IMG/VR virus record: IMGVR_UViG_2824233761_000002
Location: 7,054-71,053 of that record
Reading direction: 5' to 3' (one strand)
From: a virus
Lineage: Duplodnaviria > Caudoviricetes
DNA: 64,000 bases
The notes under the pieces are model-generated. The model was not told the origin of the DNA. It searched no databases and worked only from the letters and a program-made list of their open reading frames with translations. Numbering within the stretch: position 1 is the first letter of the stretch; each line of letters opens with the position of its first letter. The position numbers and the translations under genes were made by a program. Positions 17,873 through 27,218 of this stretch are shown here, piece by piece.

Positions 17873-18243
17873 CCGCCCCGGAGATCGGGGGGACGTACGT
17901 CGACCCGTGCACCGGCCGCTCGTACCGCGTCGTCGACGTCACGGCCCTCCACGCGGTCGTGGTCCGTGTCGACGTCCACGAGCCCGGCGTCTCCTACGTC
18001 GCCGCGCGCGAGCGGTTCGGCGACCACTTCGTGCCGGCCGACGACCTGACCGAGCTGGCCGAGGCAGTGGGTGTGCTCGTGGACGCGCTGCGTCGGCCGG
18101 GTGACCCGCTGGCGGTGGAGTTCTCGACGGGCCCGTCGTCGTACGGGCCGTTCTGGTCGGACGCCCGGCTGGGGCAGTTGGTCGAGGTGTGGGCGCGTGA
18201 GGTTGCGGCTGCGGATGGTGCTGACGGCGGTGACCCCTCATGA
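17869..18243 (+). CDS. Hypothetical phage protein
   Basis: Translational coupling within the early operon. Confidence 0.6.
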   Translation: MTAPEIGGTYVDPCTGRSYRVVDVTALHAVVVRVDVHEPGVSYVAARERFGDHFVPADDLTELAEAVGVLVDALRRPGDPLAVEFSTGPSSYGPFWSDARLGQLVEVWAREVAAADGADGGDPS

Positions 18244-18614
18244 CCACCACCGAGACCTGTGCCCACGGCTGCAACCACGTGGAGCCCTACGGCTGGGCGG
18301 TCACCGTCGGTTGTCCCGCCCACGATCCTGACGCCCGGGTCCGCGCGCTGGTCGCGCAGATCGACCCCGCCGACGTTCTCCCCGTCCTGATGCGGCTCGC
18401 CGCCGACCCGGCGATTGACGAGTACCACTCGTGTGTCGTGTGCGGATCGCACGCGGTGATCGAGCGTGGGGTCTCGATCGTCTCGTCAGTGAAGCCCGAG
18501 GGCCAGCTAGTCGGAGTCGCCTGGTGCGCGAGCGAGCGGTGCCAGACGGACCGGCGCTCCACACGTGCTCTCGTCGAGAAGGTCGGACGCGTCACGGCTG
18601 GTGGTGACGCGTGA
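18240..18614 (+). CDS. Hypothetical Cys/His-rich phage protein
   Basis: ATGA overlap; CxxxC/CxxC motifs. Confidence 0.55.
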   Translation: MTTTETCAHGCNHVEPYGWAVTVGCPAHDPDARVRALVAQIDPADVLPVLMRLAADPAIDEYHSCVVCGSHAVIERGVSIVSSVKPEGQLVGVAWCASERCQTDRRSTRALVEKVGRVTAGGDA

Positions 18615-18874
18615 TGACCGCCACCGAGACCCTCCGCCTCCCCGGCCACCCCACCACCACCCGACCGGCCCCGGCCGAGCCCACCAAGGTCCTCGAGCCG
18701 CCGCCGGCGTACGACCCGTGCGACCACCTCGACACCACCCGCCCCCACGACCTCGACACCTGCCCCTCCTGCCAGGGCCAGTGCCTCGTCGAGGTCCGCG
18801 ACTGGATGACCGGCCTCGACGTGTGGATCACCTGCCCGGCCTGCGCCGGCACCGGAGAGCGAGGCACAGCATGA
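18614..18874 (+). CDS. Zinc-finger phage protein
   Basis: CPSCQGQC...CPACAGTG (DnaJ-type Zn-finger repeats). Confidence 0.6.
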   Translation: MTATETLRLPGHPTTTRPAPAEPTKVLEPPPAYDPCDHLDTTRPHDLDTCPSCQGQCLVEVRDWMTGLDVWITCPACAGTGERGTA

Positions 18875-19905
18875 GCGACCCGTACGAGGCCGAGCAGACC
18901 GGCCCGCTGCACGTACAGAGCGACGACGCACCCGCCATCCCCGACCGGCGGCCGATGGACCACAAGCTGCAGAAGAAACAGCAGACCCGCGGCCCCATCC
19001 CCGCCCGCCAGACCAACGGCTACTACGCCGACCACGCCACCGGCGACCGGCTCCGCTCCGTCACCACAATCCTCGGCGGCGGCGTCCCCAAGCCGGCGCT
19101 CGTGCACTGGGCCGGGAACACCTGCACCGACGCCGCGATCGAGGCCGTGCCGCTGCTGGTCGCCGCGCTGCGGCGGCCCGAGCAGCTCGCCGAGCTGCGG
19201 TCGTGGATCACCCGCGCGCACACCAGGAAGAAGGACGAGCGCGCCGAGGTCGGCAAGGCCGTCCACGCCATCATCGAGTCCCGCCTCCTCGGCACCCCGC
19301 CGCCCGCGAGCGTGCGCGTCGGCGACCAGGAGTGGGCGCTCAACGGGCCCGAGCTCGCGCCGTTCATCGAGCACTTCCACCAGTTCGAGACCGACTGGCA
19401 GCCGGTCTGGAAGGCCTCGGAGATGGTCGTCGCGAACCCCGTCCACGGGTACGCCGGGACGCTCGACTACATCATCGACGGCGCCGGCCTGATCGGCGAC
19501 ATGCTCCGCGGCCGGGGCTACGCCGTGGACCCGGGCGTCGACGTCATGGGCGACACCAAGACCGGCGGCGAGTGGAACCGGGTCACGTCCGCCGGTCACG
19601 TTCACGGCGTCTACCCGGAGGCGGGCCTGCAGATGTCGGCCTACCGGAACGCCGAGGTGTGCTGGCTCCGCTCCGGTGAGCGGGTCCCGATGCCGGCGAC
19701 CGCGGAGGTCGGCGTGATCCTGCACCTGCGCCCGGAGGGCTACCGGGTCTACCCGGCGCGGTGCGGGGACCTGGAGTACTCCTACTTCCGTCACGCACAG
19801 ATGGTCGATGAGTGGTCCTCGCGGATCGCGTCGGCGAAGGCCGACGAGTCGGTGATCGGGAAGGCGCTCGTCGCGCCGGCCGAGGCCCGCGGGGCGGTGG
19901 CCTGA
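18871..19905 (+). CDS. Cas4/RecB-like PD-(D/E)xK exonuclease
   Basis: SVTTIL, GKAVHAIIE, GYAGTLD, GDTKTG, EAGLQMSAY motifs. Confidence 0.85.
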   Translation: MSDPYEAEQTGPLHVQSDDAPAIPDRRPMDHKLQKKQQTRGPIPARQTNGYYADHATGDRLRSVTTILGGGVPKPALVHWAGNTCTDAAIEAVPLLVAALRRPEQLAELRSWITRAHTRKKDERAEVGKAVHAIIESRLLGTPPPASVRVGDQEWALNGPELAPFIEHFHQFETDWQPVWKASEMVVANPVHGYAGTLDYIIDGAGLIGDMLRGRGYAVDPGVDVMGDTKTGGEWNRVTSAGHVHGVYPEAGLQMSAYRNAEVCWLRSGERVPMPATAEVGVILHLRPEGYRVYPARCGDLEYSYFRHAQMVDEWSSRIASAKADESVIGKALVAPAEARGAVA

Positions 19906-20207
19906 TGTACGACCACACCGACCTGGGCGTCGACCTGATCCGCGCCGAGCGCGAGCGCCAGATCGTCGACGAGGGCTACACACCGGACCACGACCGCGCG
20001 CACTCGCACAGCGACTTACTCGACGCCGCCCTCGCCTACATCAAGGTCCAGCCGCACCTGTGGCCCTGGCACCTCTCCACGTTCAAGCCGGCGCACGACG
20101 AGCCGCACGACGACTGCGACGACCGGTGCATCCGCGACCTCGTCAAGGCCGGCGCGCTCATCGCGGCCGCCATCGACCGACTCCTCGACGACCAGAAGGA
20201 CTCCTGA
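19905..20207 (+). CDS. Conserved phage hypothetical protein
   Basis: IRAERERQI..EGYTPDHD, WPW and RDLVKAGALIAAAIDRL, a recurrent phage motif. Confidence 0.7.
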   Translation: MYDHTDLGVDLIRAERERQIVDEGYTPDHDRAHSHSDLLDAALAYIKVQPHLWPWHLSTFKPAHDEPHDDCDDRCIRDLVKAGALIAAAIDRLLDDQKDS

Positions 20208-20209
20208 TC

Positions 20210-21322
20210 ATGCCCATCCTCGACCTCCAGAAGCGCTCCCGCACCCTCGGCCGAATCCGCCTCGGCCAGAAGGGCGACCGCGGCCAGCCCCAGAAGCTCG
20301 ACCGCTTCCGCCTCACCTCCGCCAGCGAGCCACTCCTCAACAAGGTCGCCGAGCTCTACGGCGGCGAGGTCCACCCCTGGACCCCTGCCGGCGGCTCCCC
20401 CGCCTTCGAGGTCATCACCGACTCCCGCCGCCTCCCGATCATGGTCCCGCCCCAGCCCGTCACCCAGTGGTTCGAGGCCTGGCGCAAGTCCGGGTGCGTC
20501 CACCGCTGCGACGGCCGCACGAACGTCTTGACCGACGAGCCGTGCGACCCCGAGGACGCGCTCCACCAGGAGGCCACCGAGAAGCCCACCACCCGCCTCA
20601 ACGTCGTCCTCCGCGACGTCGAGGGCGTCGGGGTCTGGCGCGTCGAAACAAAGGGCTGGAACGCCGCCGCCGAGCTGCCCGACGTCGCTGAGTTCCTCGC
20701 CCAGGCCGGCGGCTACGTCGACGGCTGGCTGGCGCTGGAGCAGCGCACCAGCGTGGACAACTCCGGCTCCAAGGCGGTCACGCGGCACTTCATGGTGCCG
20801 ATCATCGAGATCGACGTGACCCCCGCGCAGCTGATGGCCGGCCGCGGTCGGGTGGCGGCGCCGGTGCTGACGGGTGGTCCGGTCGGGGACCGGCCGGCGC
20901 TCGCTGCCGCGGGTCCGGACTACGTCGCGCTCGCCGCCGACGCCACGACGGTCGAGGAGGTCCGGGGGCTGTGGACTCGCGCGAACGATGCGGGGCACCT
21001 CACCCAGGGCCTGGACGAGCACCTCAAGCGCCGTGCGCACGAGATCACGGCCTCCGGCGCTCCTCAGGCCGGCGCGGCCGCGCGCGTCGAGGAGCCGCAG
21101 CCGGACGCCGAGGGTGTCGCGGACGCGGTGGTCGTCGACGAGGATGCGGACGCGGTGTGGCAGCAGATCGTGCTCGAGGCCGGCCGGCAGGGCATGACCG
21201 CCAGCCAGCTGCAGGACGACTTCCCTGCCCGGATGGGCGGGCTGATCCCGGACGACGCGTCGGCGGGCGAGCTGCGGCACTACCTGGGGCTGCTGCAGGG
21301 CGGGACGGGGGCCGCAGCATGA
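20210..21322 (+). CDS. phiC31 gp3-like recombination directionality factor domain protein
   Basis: LDRFRLTSASEPLLNKVAELYGG, HRCDG and TRLNVVLRDVEGVGVWRVETKGW parallel phiC31 gp3 motifs; C-terminal extension. Confidence 0.7.
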   Translation: MPILDLQKRSRTLGRIRLGQKGDRGQPQKLDRFRLTSASEPLLNKVAELYGGEVHPWTPAGGSPAFEVITDSRRLPIMVPPQPVTQWFEAWRKSGCVHRCDGRTNVLTDEPCDPEDALHQEATEKPTTRLNVVLRDVEGVGVWRVETKGWNAAAELPDVAEFLAQAGGYVDGWLALEQRTSVDNSGSKAVTRHFMVPIIEIDVTPAQLMAGRGRVAAPVLTGGPVGDRPALAAAGPDYVALAADATTVEEVRGLWTRANDAGHLTQGLDEHLKRRAHEITASGAPQAGAAARVEEPQPDAEGVADAVVVDEDADAVWQQIVLEAGRQGMTASQLQDDFPARMGGLIPDDASAGELRHYLGLLQGGTGAAA

Positions 21323-21633
21323 CGCGGCCGTCGTACGTCGCAACCCCGCTCGAGCGGGTGCTCTGGGACTCCCGCAACCGGGACCGGCAGGCGATCCTCG
21401 CCATGCAACGACGCCAAGACGTCTGGTGGCGAGGCTGGGGCATCCTGCGGCGCAAGCCCTGGCGGGCGAGCCATGGCCCCCAGATCCGTGGCCGATCACC
21501 CCGCGTCGCGCTGTCCAACCTCCGACGCTGGCTCCGAGCCGCCCACGACTGCCAAGACCCCGCCGTCGCGTGCACCTGCGCAGGCAGCTTCCGCTTCCCC
21601 ACTCCGGACCTGCGGCGGGGGGTGCAGTCCTGA
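21319..21633 (+). CDS. Hypothetical phage protein
   Basis: Coupled on both sides. Confidence 0.5.
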   Translation: MTRPSYVATPLERVLWDSRNRDRQAILAMQRRQDVWWRGWGILRRKPWRASHGPQIRGRSPRVALSNLRRWLRAAHDCQDPAVACTCAGSFRFPTPDLRRGVQS

Positions 21634-22556
21634 TGGCCGCCACGAAGTGGTGGGAGCAGCCGTTCGCCGCGCTCGACACCGAGACCACCAGCCCCGACCC
21701 CACCCAAGCCCGCATCGTCACCGCCGCCGTCGTCCACCGCATCCCCGGCCAGAGGCCCAAGCCGATCCGCTGGCTCATCGACCCCGGCGTCGACATCCCG
21801 GACGAGGCTGCCGCCGTCCACGGCTACACCAACGACCGCATCCACGCCACCCTCGCCCAGCACGGCGCGAAGCCCGGATGGGCACTCCAGGCCGCCCCCA
21901 CCGGCGCCGTCCGAGCCATGCCCGCTGAGGCCGCCATCTTCAACCTGTGCATGCAGACCGCCGGGTGCATCCTGCGCGAGCAGGCGCTGGTCGTGCACAA
22001 CGCCGCGTACGACCTCACCCTCCTCGAGCACGAGGCGGCCCGGTACGACGTCGACCCGCTGTCGGTGCGGCCGGCCGGGCTGCGGGGCGTGGTGGACCCG
22101 ATGGTGATCGAGAAGGCCTTCGACCAGTACCGCAAGACCTGCTACCGCAAGAGCCCGGACGGTGCGGAGTGTGACCGGGAGACCCCGGTGCACGTGTGCG
22201 GCGGCTGCCGTGGCGGCAAGTGGAAGTGTGGCGGCTGCGGGACCACCGACCGCACCCTGACCAGCCTCTGCGCGCACTACGGCGTCGTGTTCCCCGCCGA
22301 CGCCGCGCACGACGCCGCCGCCGACGCGATCGCCTGCGTCCGGCTGCTGTTCAAGCTGCTCGGCGCGTGGCCGGAGATGGCGCGGTGGCGGCTCCCCACG
22401 CTGCACGCGCATCAGGAGACGTGGCGCCGGCAGCAGCAGAAGGGGCTGCGGGAGTTCTTCGACAAGGTCGGGAAGGACCACGACGGCTGCTGCGGGGCGT
22501 GGCCGGTGCACACCGACGCGTGCGCGGGCGCGCACCGAGAGGTGGTGGCGGCATGA
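21633..22556 (+). CDS. DnaQ-like 3'-5' exonuclease (DEDDh)
   Basis: ALDTETT, VHNAAYDL, VVDPMVIEK, AHDAAADA. Confidence 0.9.
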   Translation: MAATKWWEQPFAALDTETTSPDPTQARIVTAAVVHRIPGQRPKPIRWLIDPGVDIPDEAAAVHGYTNDRIHATLAQHGAKPGWALQAAPTGAVRAMPAEAAIFNLCMQTAGCILREQALVVHNAAYDLTLLEHEAARYDVDPLSVRPAGLRGVVDPMVIEKAFDQYRKTCYRKSPDGAECDRETPVHVCGGCRGGKWKCGGCGTTDRTLTSLCAHYGVVFPADAAHDAAADAIACVRLLFKLLGAWPEMARWRLPTLHAHQETWRRQQQKGLREFFDKVGKDHDGCCGAWPVHTDACAGAHREVVAA

Positions 22557-22777
22557 GCGCCCTCGCCGTCCCCCTGCACTGCCAGGAGACCGCCGCCGCG
22601 GTGGCCACCCGTGACCGGGCCGCGACCGCCGACCAGCTCATCGACGTCGCCTGCAAGGACGCCATCCGCCTCCTCCGCGGCGGCCGCGCCGGGATGGCGG
22701 AGTACCGGCTCGCCCGGGCCGGCACCGCCGCCGACCGGATCCTCGGCACCACGACCACGAAGGACGGCGCCCGATGA
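22553..22777 (+). CDS. Hypothetical phage protein
   Basis: ATGA coupling. Confidence 0.5.
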   Translation: MSALAVPLHCQETAAAVATRDRAATADQLIDVACKDAIRLLRGGRAGMAEYRLARAGTAADRILGTTTTKDGAR

Positions 22778-23448
22778 GGTACACCACCCGCCCCCTCTCG
22801 GACCGCACCTGGTTCAACACGTCCCGGCGCTCCAGGTCCCAGTTCACCTCCACTTGGGCCGACACCCTCACTCTCCTCGAGCGCGAGATCGAGCACCTCA
22901 AGGGCCGCGAGCTCGTCATCGAGGTCGACGTCCGTGAGCAGGACATCCGTCTCGACGGGATGCTCCGCGCATCCGCGGTCGCCTCGGACCCCGCCGTCGT
23001 GCTCGCCATGGAGTCCAAGCACGGGCCGCTGCTCTACCGGTGCGACCGGTACAACGCGCTTCCCTACCGACGGTCCACCGAGCGCGGCGAGGTCGCCCCG
23101 AAGGTCTGGATGCACAACGTCCGCGCGATCGCGCTCACCCTCGAAGCGCTCCGCGCTGTCGACCGGTACGGCGCGACCGAGACCGGCCAGCAGTACGCCG
23201 GGTTCAAGGCACTCCCGGCCGGCCGCGCGATACCCGCCTCCCACATGACCTCCGACGAGGCGTGGTCGATCATCGGCTCCTACCAGCTGGAGCCGGTTGC
23301 GAAGTTCCGCGCGGAGGCGTGCACGGACGAGGTCCGCGCGGCCTACCGCCGAGCGCGCGCCGCCGCCCACCCCGACCGCCACCGCGGCGACCGCACGCTG
23401 TGGGACCAGGTCGAGCAGGCCGCCGCCGTCCTGGGGGTGGCCCGGTGA
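22774..23448 (+). CDS. J-domain (DnaJ-like) phage protein
   Basis: C-terminal AYRRARAAAHPDRHRGD (HPD motif). Confidence 0.75.
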   Translation: MRYTTRPLSDRTWFNTSRRSRSQFTSTWADTLTLLEREIEHLKGRELVIEVDVREQDIRLDGMLRASAVASDPAVVLAMESKHGPLLYRCDRYNALPYRRSTERGEVAPKVWMHNVRAIALTLEALRAVDRYGATETGQQYAGFKALPAGRAIPASHMTSDEAWSIIGSYQLEPVAKFRAEACTDEVRAAYRRARAAAHPDRHRGDRTLWDQVEQAAAVLGVAR

Positions 23449-23702
23449 AGAACCCCGAGAACTGCGGCTACTCCGAGGGCGTCATCCACTCCCACACCGA
23501 GCACTGCCACCAGGCCGGCATCCAGCTCGGCCGCGAGCAGGAGCGCGGGCGCATCCTCGCCTGGCTCCACGACCAGGCCGCCCTCCACCACCACGCCCAC
23601 GGCGACGCCGCGCGCCGCGGCGCCCTCAACCACGCCGCCGACCGGCTCCGCGACGGCCGTGCGCCGGGCCGGGCCGAAGGAACGGAGACGACCGATGGCT
23701 GA
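23445..23702 (+). CDS. Hypothetical His-rich protein
   Basis: GTGA coupling. Confidence 0.5.
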   Translation: MKNPENCGYSEGVIHSHTEHCHQAGIQLGREQERGRILAWLHDQAALHHHAHGDAARRGALNHAADRLRDGRAPGRAEGTETTDG

Positions 23703-24129
23703 CCTCAACTCGGCCGAGACTGCCCACGTCGGCAAGACGGGTGGAGGGGGCGGCAAGTGGGTCGCCTACGACAGCCCGAAGCCGCCCGCGGTCGCGGACC
23801 ACTACGCGTTCTGGGGTGACGCCCCGCCGACCCGCTCCGAGCGGTGTGCGTGGTGGGTTCGGCAGATCGAGCGCGGGTGGCGACCCAACCGGCGGATCGC
23901 CGGAGAGTGCTACGACTGCTCCGCCGAGTGGTACGGCGTCTACATCTGGGAGTACCTGAACGTCATCGCCCCTGCGCTGTCCAGTCCGACCGCACCCGAG
24001 TTGAGCGCCGACCACGCTCGCTGTCGGCGCTGCGGCGCGGTGGTTCACCTGCTGCTGATCGCGCACCACGACCGTGACTGCCCTGTCGCCACACCGACCG
24101 GTGCGTCGACGGGCGGCAACCCGACATGA
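23695..24129 (+). CDS. Hypothetical phage protein
   Basis: RBS GGAG; overlaps both neighbours. Confidence 0.55.
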   Translation: MADLNSAETAHVGKTGGGGGKWVAYDSPKPPAVADHYAFWGDAPPTRSERCAWWVRQIERGWRPNRRIAGECYDCSAEWYGVYIWEYLNVIAPALSSPTAPELSADHARCRRCGAVVHLLLIAHHDRDCPVATPTGASTGGNPT

Positions 24130-24227
24130 ACCCCTACCTCGGCCTCGCCATCATCCTCACCGCCATCGCCATCTCCTGGTGGGCCGCCGGCGGCTTCCGC
24201 AACCCACCAGGAGGAGACCCACGATGA
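24126..24227 (+). CDS. 33-aa single-TM peptide
   Basis: MNPYLGLAIILTAIAISWWAAGGF; ATGA coupling at both ends. Confidence 0.5.
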   Translation: MNPYLGLAIILTAIAISWWAAGGFRNPPGGDPR

Positions 24228-24739
24228 ACATCCTCGCCATCGACCCCGGCAACACCGAGTCCGCCTACGCCCTCATCCACGCCACCACCCACCGACCCAT
24301 CCACGCCGCGAAGCTCCCCAACGAGCAGCTCCGCATCGGACTCCAACGCAACGCACTCGGCCAGGCCGCCGAGCACGTCGCGATCGAGATGATCGCCTCC
24401 TACGGCATGTCCGTCGGCGCCGACGTCTTCGAGACCTGCGTCTGGATCGGCCGGTTCGCCGAGTCCAGCCGACTCCGCACCGGCCACGAGCCCGACCTCG
24501 TGAAGCGCCACCCGATCAAGCTCCACCACTGCCACTCCTCGAAGGCCAAGGACTCCAACATCATCCAGGCCCTCGTCGACCGGTTCGCGCCTGGCGAGCC
24601 CAACCGCGGGAAGGGCACCAAGGCCAACCCGGGCTGGTTCCACGGCTTCGCCGCCGACATGTGGCAGGCCTACGCCCTCGCCGTCTACGTCGCCGACCAG
24701 CTCGAGGCGAGCCCAGCCGGCCATGCAGCGGGGTTCTGA
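24224..24739 (+). CDS. RuvC-like Holliday junction resolvase
   Basis: ILAIDPG, VAIEM, SKAKDSNI, ADMWQAYALA. Confidence 0.8.
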   Translation: MNILAIDPGNTESAYALIHATTHRPIHAAKLPNEQLRIGLQRNALGQAAEHVAIEMIASYGMSVGADVFETCVWIGRFAESSRLRTGHEPDLVKRHPIKLHHCHSSKAKDSNIIQALVDRFAPGEPNRGKGTKANPGWFHGFAADMWQAYALAVYVADQLEASPAGHAAGF

Positions 24740-26373
24740 TGGTCACCAACCTCGGCAACGCCACCGCCTACGTCGCCGGTACCGGCCACCGACCCCTCCC
24801 CAAGGCCGACGAGCACGGCTACCGCCGCGCCCACCAGCCACGCGCGAAGAAGCCCAGCGGCCTCGACTGGGACGCCCTCACCCCCCACTGCAAGACATGC
24901 GGGCAGAAGTCCGGCCAGCTCGACAACAACGACACCTGCCCCACCTGCCGCGGCGACGCCCCGAAGACCACGCCGAAGACCGCCCGCCGACACGGCCCCT
25001 ACCAGCAGCTCCCCGACGACGAGATCGAACGCCGCTTCACCGCACCCGCCTCCGCACCCGACAACACCCGCCTCGGCGCCGACCTCGCCGACCTCGAAGC
25101 CACCGACCCGAAGGTCACCGCAGCCGCCGCAGCACTCGATGACGCCACCGACCGCATCACCCGCCCCGACGACCACGTCCACGCCGATGCTCTCCGCGTC
25201 GACGACACCCCAGAACTGCCCACGGAGGGTAAGCAGGGCCAGCCCACGACGCGGATTAGCGCACCGCGCGTAGCGACCAGCGCGGATCCAGCCGAGGCGG
25301 CTGGCGCTGGTTCCTCCACCGCCGAGATGAAGGACCCGGCGGTCGCCCAGGAGACGCGCCCTGCGGCGACCGCCGGCCCGACCAACACCAGCCCGGCCTA
25401 CACCCCCGAGGGCAACCTCGACGCCCAGATCCAGCACGCCGCACGCGTCCTACGCGACACCGCCACCCACCACCACCCCGCCATCAAGCTGCTCCGCCTC
25501 AACGCAATCGCCGCGATCGAGGCCCTCCACCTGTTCGTCGAGATGAACCACCCACAGACCCCCGCGCCGGCGCCCGCCCTCCCCCGTGACGGCGCCGGCG
25601 CGGGCCCCGACCGGCCGGCCGCCGACCCGGAAGGGGAAGCCGGACGGCGGCCGGCCGCCCGCCGCGCCCCACGCTCGCGCCGATCGAGCGCTGTCACCGT
25701 CGACGAGCAAGCCATCATCCGCGAGTACAAGGCCGGCGACACCGCGCCCACGATCGCCCGCCGCCACGGCATCGGCCCGAAGCGGGTCCGCGACATCCTC
25801 GACCGCCACGGCATCGCACGCCGCGACGACCGAGCCACCCACTCAGGCGGCCGCAACAAGCTCCACCTCACCGACCAGCACCGCGAAACCATCGTGCGCC
25901 GCTACGTCGTCGACCAGGCCGCCATCGGCAAGATCTCCCGCGACACCGGTCACGGACGCCACACCATCACGGCCATCCTCAAGGACGCCGGCGTCACCAT
26001 CCGCCCAGCCGCGCACCTCGCCCGAGCAACCGTCCTCACCGACACCCAGCGCGCCGAGATCGTCACCGCGTACATCGACGGCGGCGAGTCCAGCCACGTC
26101 CTCGGCACCCGGTACCGGATCCGCGCCGAGACCGTGCGCCAGATCGTCGTCGACGCCGGCTACCAGGTCCGGCCCAGAGGCGGCGAACCGGGCACCGACC
26201 GCCTGACGGCGCTCGGCGTGACCGCGGCCCAGGTCAAGGCATGGGCACTCGCCCAGGGGCTCATCGACCAGATCCGCACTGGTCGCGTCCCGGGCCGGCT
26301 CATCGACGCCTACGAGCAAGCACACCCCACCACCACCGCAACACCCGACCAGTCAGGAGACACCGCAGCATGA
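24739..26373 (+). CDS. Multi-HTH protein with C-terminal Lsr2-like DNA-binding domain
   Basis: N-terminal CxxC..CxxC; three HTH repeats; VTAAQVKAWALAQGLIDQIRTGRVPGRLIDAYEQAH resembles the Lsr2 C-terminal domain. Confidence 0.7.
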   Translation: MVTNLGNATAYVAGTGHRPLPKADEHGYRRAHQPRAKKPSGLDWDALTPHCKTCGQKSGQLDNNDTCPTCRGDAPKTTPKTARRHGPYQQLPDDEIERRFTAPASAPDNTRLGADLADLEATDPKVTAAAAALDDATDRITRPDDHVHADALRVDDTPELPTEGKQGQPTTRISAPRVATSADPAEAAGAGSSTAEMKDPAVAQETRPAATAGPTNTSPAYTPEGNLDAQIQHAARVLRDTATHHHPAIKLLRLNAIAAIEALHLFVEMNHPQTPAPAPALPRDGAGAGPDRPAADPEGEAGRRPAARRAPRSRRSSAVTVDEQAIIREYKAGDTAPTIARRHGIGPKRVRDILDRHGIARRDDRATHSGGRNKLHLTDQHRETIVRRYVVDQAAIGKISRDTGHGRHTITAILKDAGVTIRPAAHLARATVLTDTQRAEIVTAYIDGGESSHVLGTRYRIRAETVRQIVVDAGYQVRPRGGEPGTDRLTALGVTAAQVKAWALAQGLIDQIRTGRVPGRLIDAYEQAHPTTTATPDQSGDTAA

Positions 26374-27005
26374 CCGACACCCACGGCAGCATCGGCACCA
26401 AGGGCCTCGACGGCACCGGCTTCACCGAAGACCTCATCGGCGACCACTTCCACGGCGTCGGCACCCACATCATGGCCATCGTCGACCTCCAGGTCGTCGA
26501 CAAGGCAGGCCCCAACCTCAAGGGCAAGCGGAAGGTCACCTACGTCATCGACGGCATCGAACCAGCCACCGACGACAACCTCGCCGAGCACCTCCGCGAG
26601 CTCCAGCGCACCGTCTACCTCAACCGGCAGAAGACCGGCGCCCAGGCCACCATCGACCAGGAGCTCGACGGCACCGGCGCCGAGCCGACCGTCGCCGGCG
26701 TGGTCGCCGCCGGCGCCGCCCACCGGCCGCACCCGTTCCTGCCCGTCGACGCCTCCCAGGACAACCCGATCTGCGACGTCTGCGGGCTCCTCGAAGCCGC
26801 ACCCCGACACAGCGTCCAGGACCAGCTCCCCGACGGCGAAGGCGAGGAGCACGACCCGGACGGCGAGGAGCACGAGGACGACCTGGAGGGAGACGAGCCG
26901 CACGACGACGCGGAGCCCTGGGAGTACGAGGCCCCGGAGGGCCAGCTCCCCGCCACCGCGATCCCCGACCCCTTCACCACCCCCGAGCCCGACCCGGCCG
27001 CCTGA
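26370..27005 (+). CDS. Hypothetical protein with acidic C-terminus
   Basis: RBS AGGAG; ATGA coupling; HPF...CDVCG...H motif. Confidence 0.65.
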   Translation: MTDTHGSIGTKGLDGTGFTEDLIGDHFHGVGTHIMAIVDLQVVDKAGPNLKGKRKVTYVIDGIEPATDDNLAEHLRELQRTVYLNRQKTGAQATIDQELDGTGAEPTVAGVVAAGAAHRPHPFLPVDASQDNPICDVCGLLEAAPRHSVQDQLPDGEGEEHDPDGEEHEDDLEGDEPHDDAEPWEYEAPEGQLPATAIPDPFTTPEPDPAA

Positions 27006-27218
27006 GACCAGCGCCCGGGGAGTCAAACCCAGCCGGCCCGGCCCGCGACACCCGGAACCCGGCAGGCAAGGACGCCCACCAAGCCCGCGACCCCTTTCCC
27101 GCGGGCGGCGCACCTGCTCCCCGGGCGCACCCCAGCACCACCCCGCAACACCGAGCACCACCCGCCGGACTCCCCCACCGCCGGCCGGGACACATCACGC
27201 CAGGCACGGAGGCACCGC

